A stretch of DNA of 64,000 nucleotides from an uncultured Pseudomonadota bacterium. GTDB lineage: Bacteria; Pseudomonadota; Alphaproteobacteria; Rs-D84. Positions within the stretch are counted from its first letter, which is position 1; every line of letters begins with the position of its first letter. This document shows, piece by piece, positions 26,744 to 34,792 of this stretch. Under the pieces are notes generated by a model, which made no database searches, had not been told where the DNA came from, and saw nothing but the letters and a program-made list of their open reading frames with translations. Position numbers and translations under genes: made by a program. The DNA is taken from the NCBI GenBank assembly GCA_949290785.1, contig CASETE010000012.1, forward strand, positions 431 through 64,430. The letters run 5' to 3'.

Positions 26744-27055
26744 ATGAAGACTTTAACCGCCAAAGATATTTTAGAATTACCCGGAACGCCATTCCAACGC
26801 GATGTATGGTGCGCCTTGGTTAAAATACCGTACGGCGAAACCCGAACGTATCGGCAAGTTGCCGCTATGTCTGGGCACCCCAACGCCGTACGCGCAGTCG
26901 CAAACGCAATCGCAAAAAATCCCCTGCCCCCGATTATACCTTGCCACAGGGTTATACGCAGCGACGGTGGCATCGGTGGATATTCTGCACCAGGTGGAAT
27001 AAAGCAAAAAGCACGCTTGTTACACCAAGAAAAAATAACAAGTATAAAAAATTAA
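26744..27055 (+). CDS. ogt: Methylated-DNA--protein-cysteine methyltransferase (C-terminal DNA-binding/active-site domain only, 103 aa)
   Basis: TPFQRDVWCALVKIPYGETRTYRQVA...NPLPPIIPCHRVIRSDG contains the PCHR active site. Confidence 0.85.
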   Translation: MKTLTAKDILELPGTPFQRDVWCALVKIPYGETRTYRQVAAMSGHPNAVRAVANAIAKNPLPPIIPCHRVIRSDGGIGGYSAPGGIKQKARLLHQEKITSIKN

Positions 27056-27078
27056 AACGTCATGATTAATTTTTACCG

Positions 27079-27108
27079 TTGACAACGTTGTTGAAATTAA
27101 ACTACAAT
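27079..27108 (+). promoter_or_regulatory. Sigma70-like promoter of cassette 2 (TTGACA-18-TACAAT)
   Basis: Consensus -35 at 27079-27084 and -10 at 27103-27108. RBS GGGGAGGAA precedes ATG 27198. Confidence 0.6.
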
Positions 27109-27197
27109 AATCATAACAAAATACCAAAAAGCGATTTGTTTGAATTATATTCCTTGCAAATCTGCATTTTTGTCTGAAAGGGGAGGAAACATATCAC

Positions 27198-27788
27198 ATG
27201 AAATCATTGACAACATTTGCATTTACGATATTTGCGTGCTTGATTCTGCAACCTGCCTTTTCAACCACAACTGGAACAATAACAATGTGCGTTCCTGATT
27301 ATAGTAGATGGTCAGGATGGCAAAATTATACCGGTATGGGCGGTGATACAAGTGGTTATAAATACCAATATAGTTGGAGCGCAACAGCACAAAGAAAATA
27401 CATTACAACAGGGCTCATTGAAAATATTAGCGCCAAGGGCGTTGGATACTGTTCAACAAAAAGTGGCAGTCCAGGTGGCACTGCAGAATCTTTGGATGAA
27501 CGAAATCGCCCATGTAACGACGCTTATTACTGTTGGTGCAAGATGACATCACCATTGGATTCCCAGTGGGTGTTCTTGAAAGATTACAACGATGAATTTA
27601 CCAGTTTATATACAGAGTCTAGCCAATCTGGCAACCCACAAGTGTGGGTAAATGCTGGTAAAGAAGTATCAGATCAATATCTAACCAGTTATACATTTTG
27701 TCAGAAATATTGCGCAAAGGAATGTGCGGATGATTTTAAGAAAGGGGGCTCTGTAATACGCGCACCGTTGTTTAATTCTGTTCAGTAA
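27198..27788 (+). CDS. Secreted Cys-rich protein, family A subtype I (A3; cassette 2, position 1)
   Basis: Signal peptide ...LILQPAFS. Motifs TMCVPDY, AKGVGYCSTK, YYCWCKM and FCQKYCAKEC. This is the largest member (196 aa). Confidence 0.8.
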   Translation: MKSLTTFAFTIFACLILQPAFSTTTGTITMCVPDYSRWSGWQNYTGMGGDTSGYKYQYSWSATAQRKYITTGLIENISAKGVGYCSTKSGSPGGTAESLDERNRPCNDAYYCWCKMTSPLDSQWVFLKDYNDEFTSLYTESSQSGNPQVWVNAGKEVSDQYLTSYTFCQKYCAKECADDFKKGGSVIRAPLFNSVQ

Positions 27789-27813
27789 AACAAAAATAGT
27801 ACAGGAATATAAA

Positions 27814-28302
27814 ATGAAAATATTACATTTATCGATTACAGTGTTTGCATCTATGCTTTTGATATATGAATCATACGCAACAACATTTGCTTCATCATCA
27901 GAGGCGAAAATTTGTTTGACAGATTTTAGTAATGCAACAGCATGTGACAATGCAATTTATGGCGAAGCACAAATAGATAGACAAAACCAATGGTCGTTCA
28001 CTTGCCAATTAGGTGGTAGTTCATTGGATTTTAAGGGCTTGGCATTTTGCGCTTCGGAAGAAGCAAGTCCGGGAACCGTAGCAGATACAATTTCCAGCGG
28101 ACCTTATGATAATTTGCCTGAAAACTGCTGGTGCAAAATGACATATCCATTTGCATCGAAATGGGTTTACGCAGGACAAGCAGGAGGCGGTAGATATTAC
28201 TGTTTCAACATTTGTGCTTCTTATTGCAAATCCGCACTTTCACAAAATGATAGTTATAACCCAATGCGTACATTAATGTTAACAAATCCGGAAAATCAAT
28301 AA
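27814..28302 (+). CDS. Secreted Cys-rich protein, family A subtype II (A4; cassette 2, position 2)
   Basis: Signal peptide present. Motifs KICLTDF, FKGLAFCASE, NCWCKM and YCFNICASYC. Confidence 0.8.
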   Translation: MKILHLSITVFASMLLIYESYATTFASSSEAKICLTDFSNATACDNAIYGEAQIDRQNQWSFTCQLGGSSLDFKGLAFCASEEASPGTVADTISSGPYDNLPENCWCKMTYPFASKWVYAGQAGGGRYYCFNICASYCKSALSQNDSYNPMRTLMLTNPENQ

Positions 28303-28320
28303 ATAATATAGGATATAAAA

Positions 28321-28671
28321 ATGAAAAAATATATCTGTTATACAATATTTATGTTCGTCGGTATCTTGTCGGCAAATGCAGACCCGTTTATTCCGCCTGC
28401 ATCCTGCCCCGCCGGAATGCGTCAAATTACAAGACCCTATATCCTTGCAGATACAAGTTGCGGCACCGGTCAAATAGAGGCAAATATTGCTGCTACGTCT
28501 TGCTATAATTTTTATACTAATGCAAGCAATACAACTGTTAATCCAGCCAGAACGCCATCTGTATGCTTTATGTATATTCCCACGAATTTAAAATTCAAGG
28601 ACGACAAGGGCTACTATATATTTAACAACGGTATTTGCACCGTTGATGGACCAGTACAACAACAACCATAA
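28321..28671 (+). CDS. Secreted Cys-rich protein, family B (B2; cassette 2, position 3)
   Basis: Signal peptide ...GILSANA. Motifs ASCPAGM, TSCGTGQ, VCFMYI and DDKGYYIFNNGIC. Confidence 0.75.
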   Translation: MKKYICYTIFMFVGILSANADPFIPPASCPAGMRQITRPYILADTSCGTGQIEANIAATSCYNFYTNASNTTVNPARTPSVCFMYIPTNLKFKDDKGYYIFNNGICTVDGPVQQQP

Positions 28672-28674
28672 AAA

Positions 28675-28697
28675 AGTGCGAATGTCGCACTTTTTTA
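28675..28697 (+). terminator. Terminator of cassette 2
   Basis: agtgcg-aatgt-cgcact followed by ttttt. Confidence 0.75.
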
Positions 28698-28721
28698 TCA
28701 TGACAGTTAATATTTTTCGTC

Positions 28722-28751
28722 TTGACTTGAATTACTGTTTTTATTTATCAT
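28722..28751 (+). promoter_or_regulatory. Sigma70-like promoter of cassette 3 (TTGACT-18-TATCAT)
   Basis: tcttgacttgaattactgtttttatttatcat has the same architecture and flanks as the cassette 1 promoter. Confidence 0.55.
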
Positions 28752-28794
28752 TCAACATGAAATATAACCATTATATCGGGGGGCATTATATAAA

Positions 28795-29175
28795 ATGAAA
28801 TTAAAAACATTTTCTTGTTTCATGTTTTGCCTGATAATTAGCGCCCCCGCATTTGCAGAAATCACACGATGCATAAATCCGTTTTCCAATCGTGAAATGT
28901 ATACTAAAAATACAGATTCGTTGACAACGCCGAGACGATATATGTGGAGTCAAATTGTACAGCACGGCTCATGGACAACCAATATACAAGGTATCAGCAT
29001 TTGTTCTACATCAAGTACAACTGTAGAGGTTCCAATAAACGCAACACCAGCAAAATATTGTTGGTGCAGAAAAATAACACCACGGGTAGGCAACTGGACA
29101 TATTCAACAACTAGTTTTGACGACACAGCAAGTTGTTTCAGCGGTTGTGCCGAGGCATGCCGTGAGTCTATGTAA
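28795..29175 (+). CDS. Secreted Cys-rich protein, family A subtype I (A5; cassette 3, position 1)
   Basis: Signal peptide ...IISAPAFA. Motifs TRCINPF, IQGISICSTS, YCWCRK and SCFSGCAEAC. Confidence 0.8.
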   Translation: MKLKTFSCFMFCLIISAPAFAEITRCINPFSNREMYTKNTDSLTTPRRYMWSQIVQHGSWTTNIQGISICSTSSTTVEVPINATPAKYCWCRKITPRVGNWTYSTTSFDDTASCFSGCAEACRESM

Positions 29176-29193
29176 AAATACAGGAATACAGTT

Positions 29194-29667
29194 ATGAAAA
29201 TGTCAAAATTTATGTTCATACTATTTATGGTCGGCGCATATACTGACCCGGCGTCCGCGGTTTCTGTATGCGCAAGGGTGACAACCGACACAAACACCAC
29301 ATGCACCAGTCATACACCAACCGGTACAACTTCTACAACACCTGATTGGACTGTAACATGTACAAACACAACCAATAGCACAACAGATACAATAACAGTA
29401 AAAGGTATCGGCATATGTTCTAATCAAACAACCTTGTTTAATGAAACTATTACTTATCCTACTGTACAAACACCCGATGAAACGCCTATAACGTCTTATT
29501 GTTGGTGTAAAATGTTATCACCGGCCATATCAAAATTTGTACGTATCACGAATAATGCATGGGACCAATATGACTACTGCTATCCACGTTGCGCCAAAGT
29601 ATGCGCAGAAACGTTTCAGAACGATACCAGCTTTCGCGCAAGTATATTGAATAATTTATCACTATAA
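29194..29667 (+). CDS. Secreted Cys-rich protein, family A subtype II (A6; cassette 3, position 2)
   Basis: Signal peptide ...DPASA. Motifs VSVCARV, VKGIGICSNQ, SYCWCKM and YCYPRCAKVC. The Thr-rich N-terminal region is near-colinear with 25763-26170. Confidence 0.8.
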   Translation: MKMSKFMFILFMVGAYTDPASAVSVCARVTTDTNTTCTSHTPTGTTSTTPDWTVTCTNTTNSTTDTITVKGIGICSNQTTLFNETITYPTVQTPDETPITSYCWCKMLSPAISKFVRITNNAWDQYDYCYPRCAKVCAETFQNDTSFRASILNNLSL

Positions 29668-29680
29668 TAAAAGGCACAAT

Positions 29681-29998
29681 ATGAAGAAAATTTTTTTCTT
29701 GTTACTGATTTTACCAACCAGCGCCCTTGGGATTGGACCGCAAAGTTGTACCGAGGCAACTGGCACACTCAATTTTGACCAAGTAACAGAGCCGGGGTTA
29801 ATCGTAACAAATGGCAGTTGTCCAACCGGAACAACAACAGTACTTGAAACAACGGATAATATCAACTGCCCGTCTGCTGTAAGTTCTCTATTATTTACAC
29901 AAACATTTTGCATCTTGTACGAACCGGCAAATACGAATATCACAGATTCTACTGGGACCTATGAATACGTAAATGAAGTGTGCCCGTTTGCTGAATAA
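29681..29998 (+). CDS. Secreted Cys-rich protein, family B (B3; cassette 3, position 3)
   Basis: Signal peptide ...PTSALG. Motifs GSCPTGTT, FCILYE and DSTGTYEYVNEVC. Confidence 0.8.
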   Translation: MKKIFFLLLILPTSALGIGPQSCTEATGTLNFDQVTEPGLIVTNGSCPTGTTTVLETTDNINCPSAVSSLLFTQTFCILYEPANTNITDSTGTYEYVNEVCPFAE

Positions 29999-30022
29999 AT
30001 CCACGTGCATTACAAAAAATTA

Positions 30023-30047
30023 AGAGGCGATGTAAACGCCTCTTTTG
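30023..30047. terminator. Bidirectional terminator (cassette 3 / M23 peptidase)
   Basis: agaggcg-atgtaa-cgcctct with flanking A and T runs. Confidence 0.75.
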
Positions 30048-30066
30048 TTATTCCCACAAAACAGTG

Positions 30067-31323
30067 TTATATCTGTATGAACCAATCTGGATGTTGCGCT
30101 AACTTTTCCATACCTTCGTCCAGTACTTTCCTGTACTCTATGAATTTCTTTTTATCCGCAGAGCCCAAGTTACTGATTGCTGGCAACTTTACAGTCATTG
30201 GATTTACATGTTTACCGTCTTTGATTATTTCATAGTGCAAATGCGGACCCGTTGATAAACCCGTTGAACCAACATATCCAATGGTCTGACCCTGCTTTAC
30301 AGTACTGCCAACCACAACCCCCTTGGCAAATCTGGACATGTGCGCATACAACGTTTCATAAGAACCGTTGTGTCGGATTTTAACGTAATTACCATGTCCG
30401 CGATTATAACTGCGCGCGACAACGCGACCCGCACCAGCCGCCGGAATCGGCGTACCCGTAGAAGCCCTAAAATCTACGCCCTTGTGCGCACGCGTATAAC
30501 CCAAAACTGGATGCTTGCGACTGTTAGAAAAACTGCTGGTGACGCGGGCGTTATTAATCGGCGTACGTTTCAAAGACTTAATGGCACCGTTGCCGTTTTC
30601 ATCATAATATCCGGACTTGCCATCTGCCTTTTTAAAACGATACATTTTGACGTTACCACGCAAAGCCTCAAACTCTACGGCTAAAACGCGGCCGTTGTCT
30701 ATCTTTTCACCGCCAGAAAAGTTTTCTTCGTATAATACAGAAAATTTCTGACCAGCGCGCACGTCACGTTCAAAGTCCATTTCAAACGCTAACAAATCAT
30801 ACACTTCGGCAAGAATGCCCGCCGGAATACCTGCACGCATACCCGCTAAATAAAAACTGTCACCGTCTAAAATCTCGCCCGAACGGTATACCGCCCTTGT
30901 GTCACGTTCTATCTCTATGGTCTTGCACTGCCATTCCCCCGAATCGTTACACGTCAATTCTACTTGACGCCAAGGCGAAGGAATAACAACTATCTTTGAC
31001 ACCGGCTCTTCGGCACCAGAACGAATGAACTCTATCTTATCGTTGTCGGCACGTAAACTGGTTATCTCTGCGTCCTTCTTTAACACGCTTGCAATCTGCG
31101 ATACGTCATTATGCGTAAACCCTTGGGCCAGCAATAAACCAGACAAAGTATCACCGGATTCAACCAATACCAATGACTTCTCTTCCCCGTCAATGAACGA
31201 GGTACCCTTTGTAAAAAAACGAGAAACAACCAATGCAACCGCAATCAAGGTTAACAATATCGCCAACGCCATGACCGCGCGCACAACACTATTTGAAGTA
31301 ATTATATCTTTTGCTTTTTTCAT
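30067..31323 (-). CDS. M23 family murein endopeptidase (MepM-like, membrane anchored)
   Basis: N-terminal TM; C-terminal HKGVDFRASTGTPIPAAGAGRV...GPHLHYEI (HxxxD, HxH). Start is set at ATG 31323 because the track start is a TTG. Confidence 0.85.
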   Translation of the reverse strand: MKKAKDIITSNSVVRAVMALAILLTLIAVALVVSRFFTKGTSFIDGEEKSLVLVESGDTLSGLLLAQGFTHNDVSQIASVLKKDAEITSLRADNDKIEFIRSGAEEPVSKIVVIPSPWRQVELTCNDSGEWQCKTIEIERDTRAVYRSGEILDGDSFYLAGMRAGIPAGILAEVYDLLAFEMDFERDVRAGQKFSVLYEENFSGGEKIDNGRVLAVEFEALRGNVKMYRFKKADGKSGYYDENGNGAIKSLKRTPINNARVTSSFSNSRKHPVLGYTRAHKGVDFRASTGTPIPAAGAGRVVARSYNRGHGNYVKIRHNGSYETLYAHMSRFAKGVVVGSTVKQGQTIGYVGSTGLSTGPHLHYEIIKDGKHVNPMTVKLPAISNLGSADKKKFIEYRKVLDEGMEKLAQHPDWFIQI

Positions 31324-31344
31324 AAGTCCGATTATAATGATTTT

Positions 31345-32124
31345 ATGAAAATAAATCAAGCATTTGAAATCTTAAAGAAAGCCGGCGGTTTACGCGCCGC
31401 ACGCATCATAACCGATAACGTACAAAACTTGCACTCGTTACGGGTATGGTATATGGCTTGGCAATTAAAAAGAAACGTGCCCGTCGCAAAAATCATCCAC
31501 CAAAAGTGGTTCTATGGATTAAAATTTTATACAAATAGATATACATTGGACCCGCGCCCTGATACTGAAACGCTGGTGGCAGCCGTCATCAACGATTGCT
31601 CGGACAATTTGCCTCGCACGATATTAGACCTAGGAACCGGTACAGGATGCATAATCGCAGCCCTGGTCAAAAACATTCATGGAACAACTGGTATAGGGCT
31701 TGACTTTTCTTGGCGCGCCTTGTCGGTCGCAAGAAAAAACATGCGCAATTTGGGGTTGGAACATAAAATACAAATTATCAAAGATGATTTCTCGGTCGGC
31801 ACAAAAATCAATAACCGTTTTGATATCATCGTTTCTAACCCGCCATATATCGCACGCGGCGATTCACGCGTTAATGCCGGGGCAATGCACGACCCAGCCA
31901 AGGCCTTATTCGCCACCAATAACGGTTTGGGCGCATATCAGGCAATTGCAAAAAACGCTGTAAAATGGATAAAACCAAACGGTAAAATTTACCTTGAAAT
32001 CGGCGACGGTCAAAAAAACGACGTTAAAAATATTTTTGAAACGGAAAATTGGAAATTCCTGCGAACTGAAAAAGACTTGACCGGTACAGAACGCGTACTG
32101 ATATTCACATATCCAACCGTATAA
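31345..32124 (+). CDS. prmC: Release factor glutamine N5-methyltransferase
   Basis: LDPRPDTETLV, SAM motif LDLGTGTGC, catalytic VSNPPY, and ending DLTGTERVL. Confidence 0.85.
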   Translation: MKINQAFEILKKAGGLRAARIITDNVQNLHSLRVWYMAWQLKRNVPVAKIIHQKWFYGLKFYTNRYTLDPRPDTETLVAAVINDCSDNLPRTILDLGTGTGCIIAALVKNIHGTTGIGLDFSWRALSVARKNMRNLGLEHKIQIIKDDFSVGTKINNRFDIIVSNPPYIARGDSRVNAGAMHDPAKALFATNNGLGAYQAIAKNAVKWIKPNGKIYLEIGDGQKNDVKNIFETENWKFLRTEKDLTGTERVLIFTYPTV

Positions 32125-32136
32125 ACCTTATTAAAC

Positions 32137-32865
32137 CTAGTCACAATCACATTTATTGTGACAATGACAAACATGACCAGACGTATTACATTTACACCCA
32201 CCGCCGTTGGAACAACATTTGTGCGATACGAAATAAGGATTTTGCTTCTTTAATATCTCTATGGTAGAGTCAACGCCATGACCATGCACAACATAGGTTT
32301 CGTCTGGTAACTTCATATCATATAACTTTGATATAGACTCACGTAAAACATTTGCGTCACCACCAGGTAAATCATAACGACCGAAACTGTCCCGGAACAA
32401 TGTATCGCCAGTCAACAGTACACCAAATGCCGGAAAATAAAACGATAAACCGCCCACAGAATGCCCCGGCGTTTCTATGACATCCATCTGAACATTCGGC
32501 AATATGTTACTGGAACCCGAACGCAAATCCTCGGGTTTCTTATAGTCCGCGTTAATATGCGGAATTTCAAAAAAATCCAGCAGTGCGTTTCCCCACATAA
32601 TTAAATTCCAATCGCCAGAATTTAAATACCACGGAACATTATATTTCTTTGCTAAATCCGGTGCAGCAGAAATATGGTCGCTGTGCCCGTGCGTTGAGTA
32701 AATAGCAATCAGTTTTACATTACGTTCAGACAAAACCTTGTCCCAATCTGACGCGCGTCCCCATGCGTCAAATATAACCGCATCGCCGCCTTGACACACC
32801 AAAACAGAATTGGTGTTTTCTGGCGGCATATGCAGTACTTCAAAACTAAGGTCTTTACTTGCCAT
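32137..32865 (-). CDS. MBL-fold hydrolase (glyoxalase II-like) with Cys/His-rich C-terminal tail
   Basis: STHGHSDH (HxHxDH) motif, TPGHS and VHGHG. The tail reads HKCCSNGGGCKCNTSGHVCHCHNKCDCD. Confidence 0.8.
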   Translation of the reverse strand: MASKDLSFEVLHMPPENTNSVLVCQGGDAVIFDAWGRASDWDKVLSERNVKLIAIYSTHGHSDHISAAPDLAKKYNVPWYLNSGDWNLIMWGNALLDFFEIPHINADYKKPEDLRSGSSNILPNVQMDVIETPGHSVGGLSFYFPAFGVLLTGDTLFRDSFGRYDLPGGDANVLRESISKLYDMKLPDETYVVHGHGVDSTIEILKKQNPYFVSHKCCSNGGGCKCNTSGHVCHCHNKCDCD

Positions 32866-34792
32866 GTGCGTTACCAGGCTTTTTGGTTGTTTTACCGGAT
32901 GGATTTTTTGCCTTTTCCGACCCTTTGGACGACTTTTTGCCCGAGACGATTTCTTTAATTTCTTCGCCGGTCAATGTTTCGCGCGCCAACAACTCTTCCG
33001 CCAGTTTTTTAACTGTTTCTTTATTTTTTGACAATAACTTAGTTGCATCGTTATGGGCAATGGTTAACCATTCTCGGACCTCGTTATCAACCAATTCTGC
33101 TGTTTTTTCCGATGCATTTTCTAATGCAGTACGACTGCCAAAGTTGTTAACTTGGTTTATTGCCGCCAAACCTATTTTCTTTGAAAGACCAGCGGTCGTG
33201 ATAGAATAACGAGTCAAACGCGTTGCCATCGCAATATCGCTTTCTGCCCCCGTGGTTATCTTGTCGGCACCAAAGAAAACCTCTTCTGCGGCACGCCCCG
33301 CCAAAGCAATGGACAGGTTTGCCCGAACTTCGGCAATGGTCATAGACACCTTGTCGTCAATCGGCAAGTGTTGAACCATACCCAGCGCACGACCGCGCGG
33401 TATTATGGTCGCCTTGTGAATAGGGTCTGTTATATCAGCATACATTATGCTGACAAAAGCATGCCCCGCTTCGTGATACGCAGTCAATTTAATGTCTTCG
33501 GGGCGCATTTTACGAACCTTGCGCGGTCCCATAAGTATTTTATCGCGCGCTTCTTCTACGTCTACTTGCGCGATTTCCTTGCGACCACCGCGAACTGCGT
33601 GTAAAGCCGCCTCGTTTAACAAATTCTCTAAATCTGCACCAGAAAAGCCGGTTGTACCACGCGCAACATCTTGCAAGTCTACATCAGGTGCAATTTTGAC
33701 CTTCTTTGCATACAAGTCCAAAATTTCACGACGACCAGACAAATCAGGTAAATCAATATATACTTGACGGTCAAAACGACCCGGACGCAATAACGCAGGA
33801 TCCAACATGTCCGGTCTGTTAGTCGCGCCAATTACAATTATACCTGTATCGTTTGCGAAACCGTCCATTTCTATCAGCAATTGATTCAAAGTCTGCTCGC
33901 GATCTTGGTCGTTATATGAATGAGTACTGCGCCTTTGACCGATTGCATCAATTTCATCAATAAACAAAATACACGGGGCGTTACGTTTCGCCATATCAAA
34001 TATTTCTTTTATCTTGGCAACCCCTAATCCTACGATTATACCAGAAAAATCACTGCCCGACGCCGCAAAGAACGGTACGTTCGCTTCGCCGGCAATTGCA
34101 CGCGCCAGCAACGTCTTACCCGTTCCAGGTTCACCAGATAGTAATATCCCCCTTGGAATACGAGCCCCTACTTCTTTGAACTTTTCTTTATCTTTCAAGA
34201 AATCTACTATTTCCATTAATTCTTGCTTTTCAGAATCAATACCCGCAACGTCTTTAAACGTAGTCTTTGGTTTACCAGTTGATATTTTCGTCGGATTCTG
34301 CTGCGCTAAACTGCGACTAAGACCGCCGGCACCAGCCTTGAACCCGCGGAATATCCACCATATAAAAAACAACCCCATCAAAATAGGAACCCATGTACCT
34401 AAATAATCAACCCAGGTCTTTGAATTGTCTATTTTAATACTTGCACCGTTTTCAGCAATTTTTGCCAATAAGTCAGGATCATATTTTATAGTAGCATTAT
34501 ATTTTGTCCCGTCACGCAAAGTACCCGTCGCATCTTCACCACGAATTTCCATCGTCTGAATATCCGGTGCACGACGCAAAACATCGGAAAACGACAATTC
34601 TATTGGTTTTGCCGGCGCAACGTTTTGACCGTTTTGCAAAGCCTGTGGATTTACACCGCCTATAACAAAAGCCCTGATTATCATGGCAATAAACAATATA
34701 CCGAATATAGCCAAGAATGTGGACGAACCGTCCCATTTGTTACGTTTTAATTTATTTTTTATGTTCATCTTTTTGCTTTTTTTGTCTTCCAT
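32855..34792 (-). CDS. ftsH: ATP-dependent zinc metalloprotease FtsH
   Basis: Walker A GEPGTGKT, SRH TNRPDMLDPALLRPGRFDR and zinc site HEAGHA. The start is uncertain (34792 or 34768). Confidence 0.95.
   Translation of the reverse strand: MEDKKSKKMNIKNKLKRNKWDGSSTFLAIFGILFIAMIIRAFVIGGVNPQALQNGQNVAPAKPIELSFSDVLRRAPDIQTMEIRGEDATGTLRDGTKYNATIKYDPDLLAKIAENGASIKIDNSKTWVDYLGTWVPILMGLFFIWWIFRGFKAGAGGLSRSLAQQNPTKISTGKPKTTFKDVAGIDSEKQELMEIVDFLKDKEKFKEVGARIPRGILLSGEPGTGKTLLARAIAGEANVPFFAASGSDFSGIIVGLGVAKIKEIFDMAKRNAPCILFIDEIDAIGQRRSTHSYNDQDREQTLNQLLIEMDGFANDTGIIVIGATNRPDMLDPALLRPGRFDRQVYIDLPDLSGRREILDLYAKKVKIAPDVDLQDVARGTTGFSGADLENLLNEAALHAVRGGRKEIAQVDVEEARDKILMGPRKVRKMRPEDIKLTAYHEAGHAFVSIMYADITDPIHKATIIPRGRALGMVQHLPIDDKVSMTIAEVRANLSIALAGRAAEEVFFGADKITTGAESDIAMATRLTRYSITTAGLSKKIGLAAINQVNNFGSRTALENASEKTAELVDNEVREWLTIAHNDATKLLSKNKETVKKLAEELLARETLTGEEIKEIVSGKKSSKGSEKAKNPSGKTTKKPGNAHGK

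Noticed and set aside
26662-27007. Minus-strand ORFs 26662-26973 and 26777-27007, and plus-strand ORF 26802-27002
   Set aside because: These overlap the ogt gene, whose PCHR active-site motif identifies the real frame.
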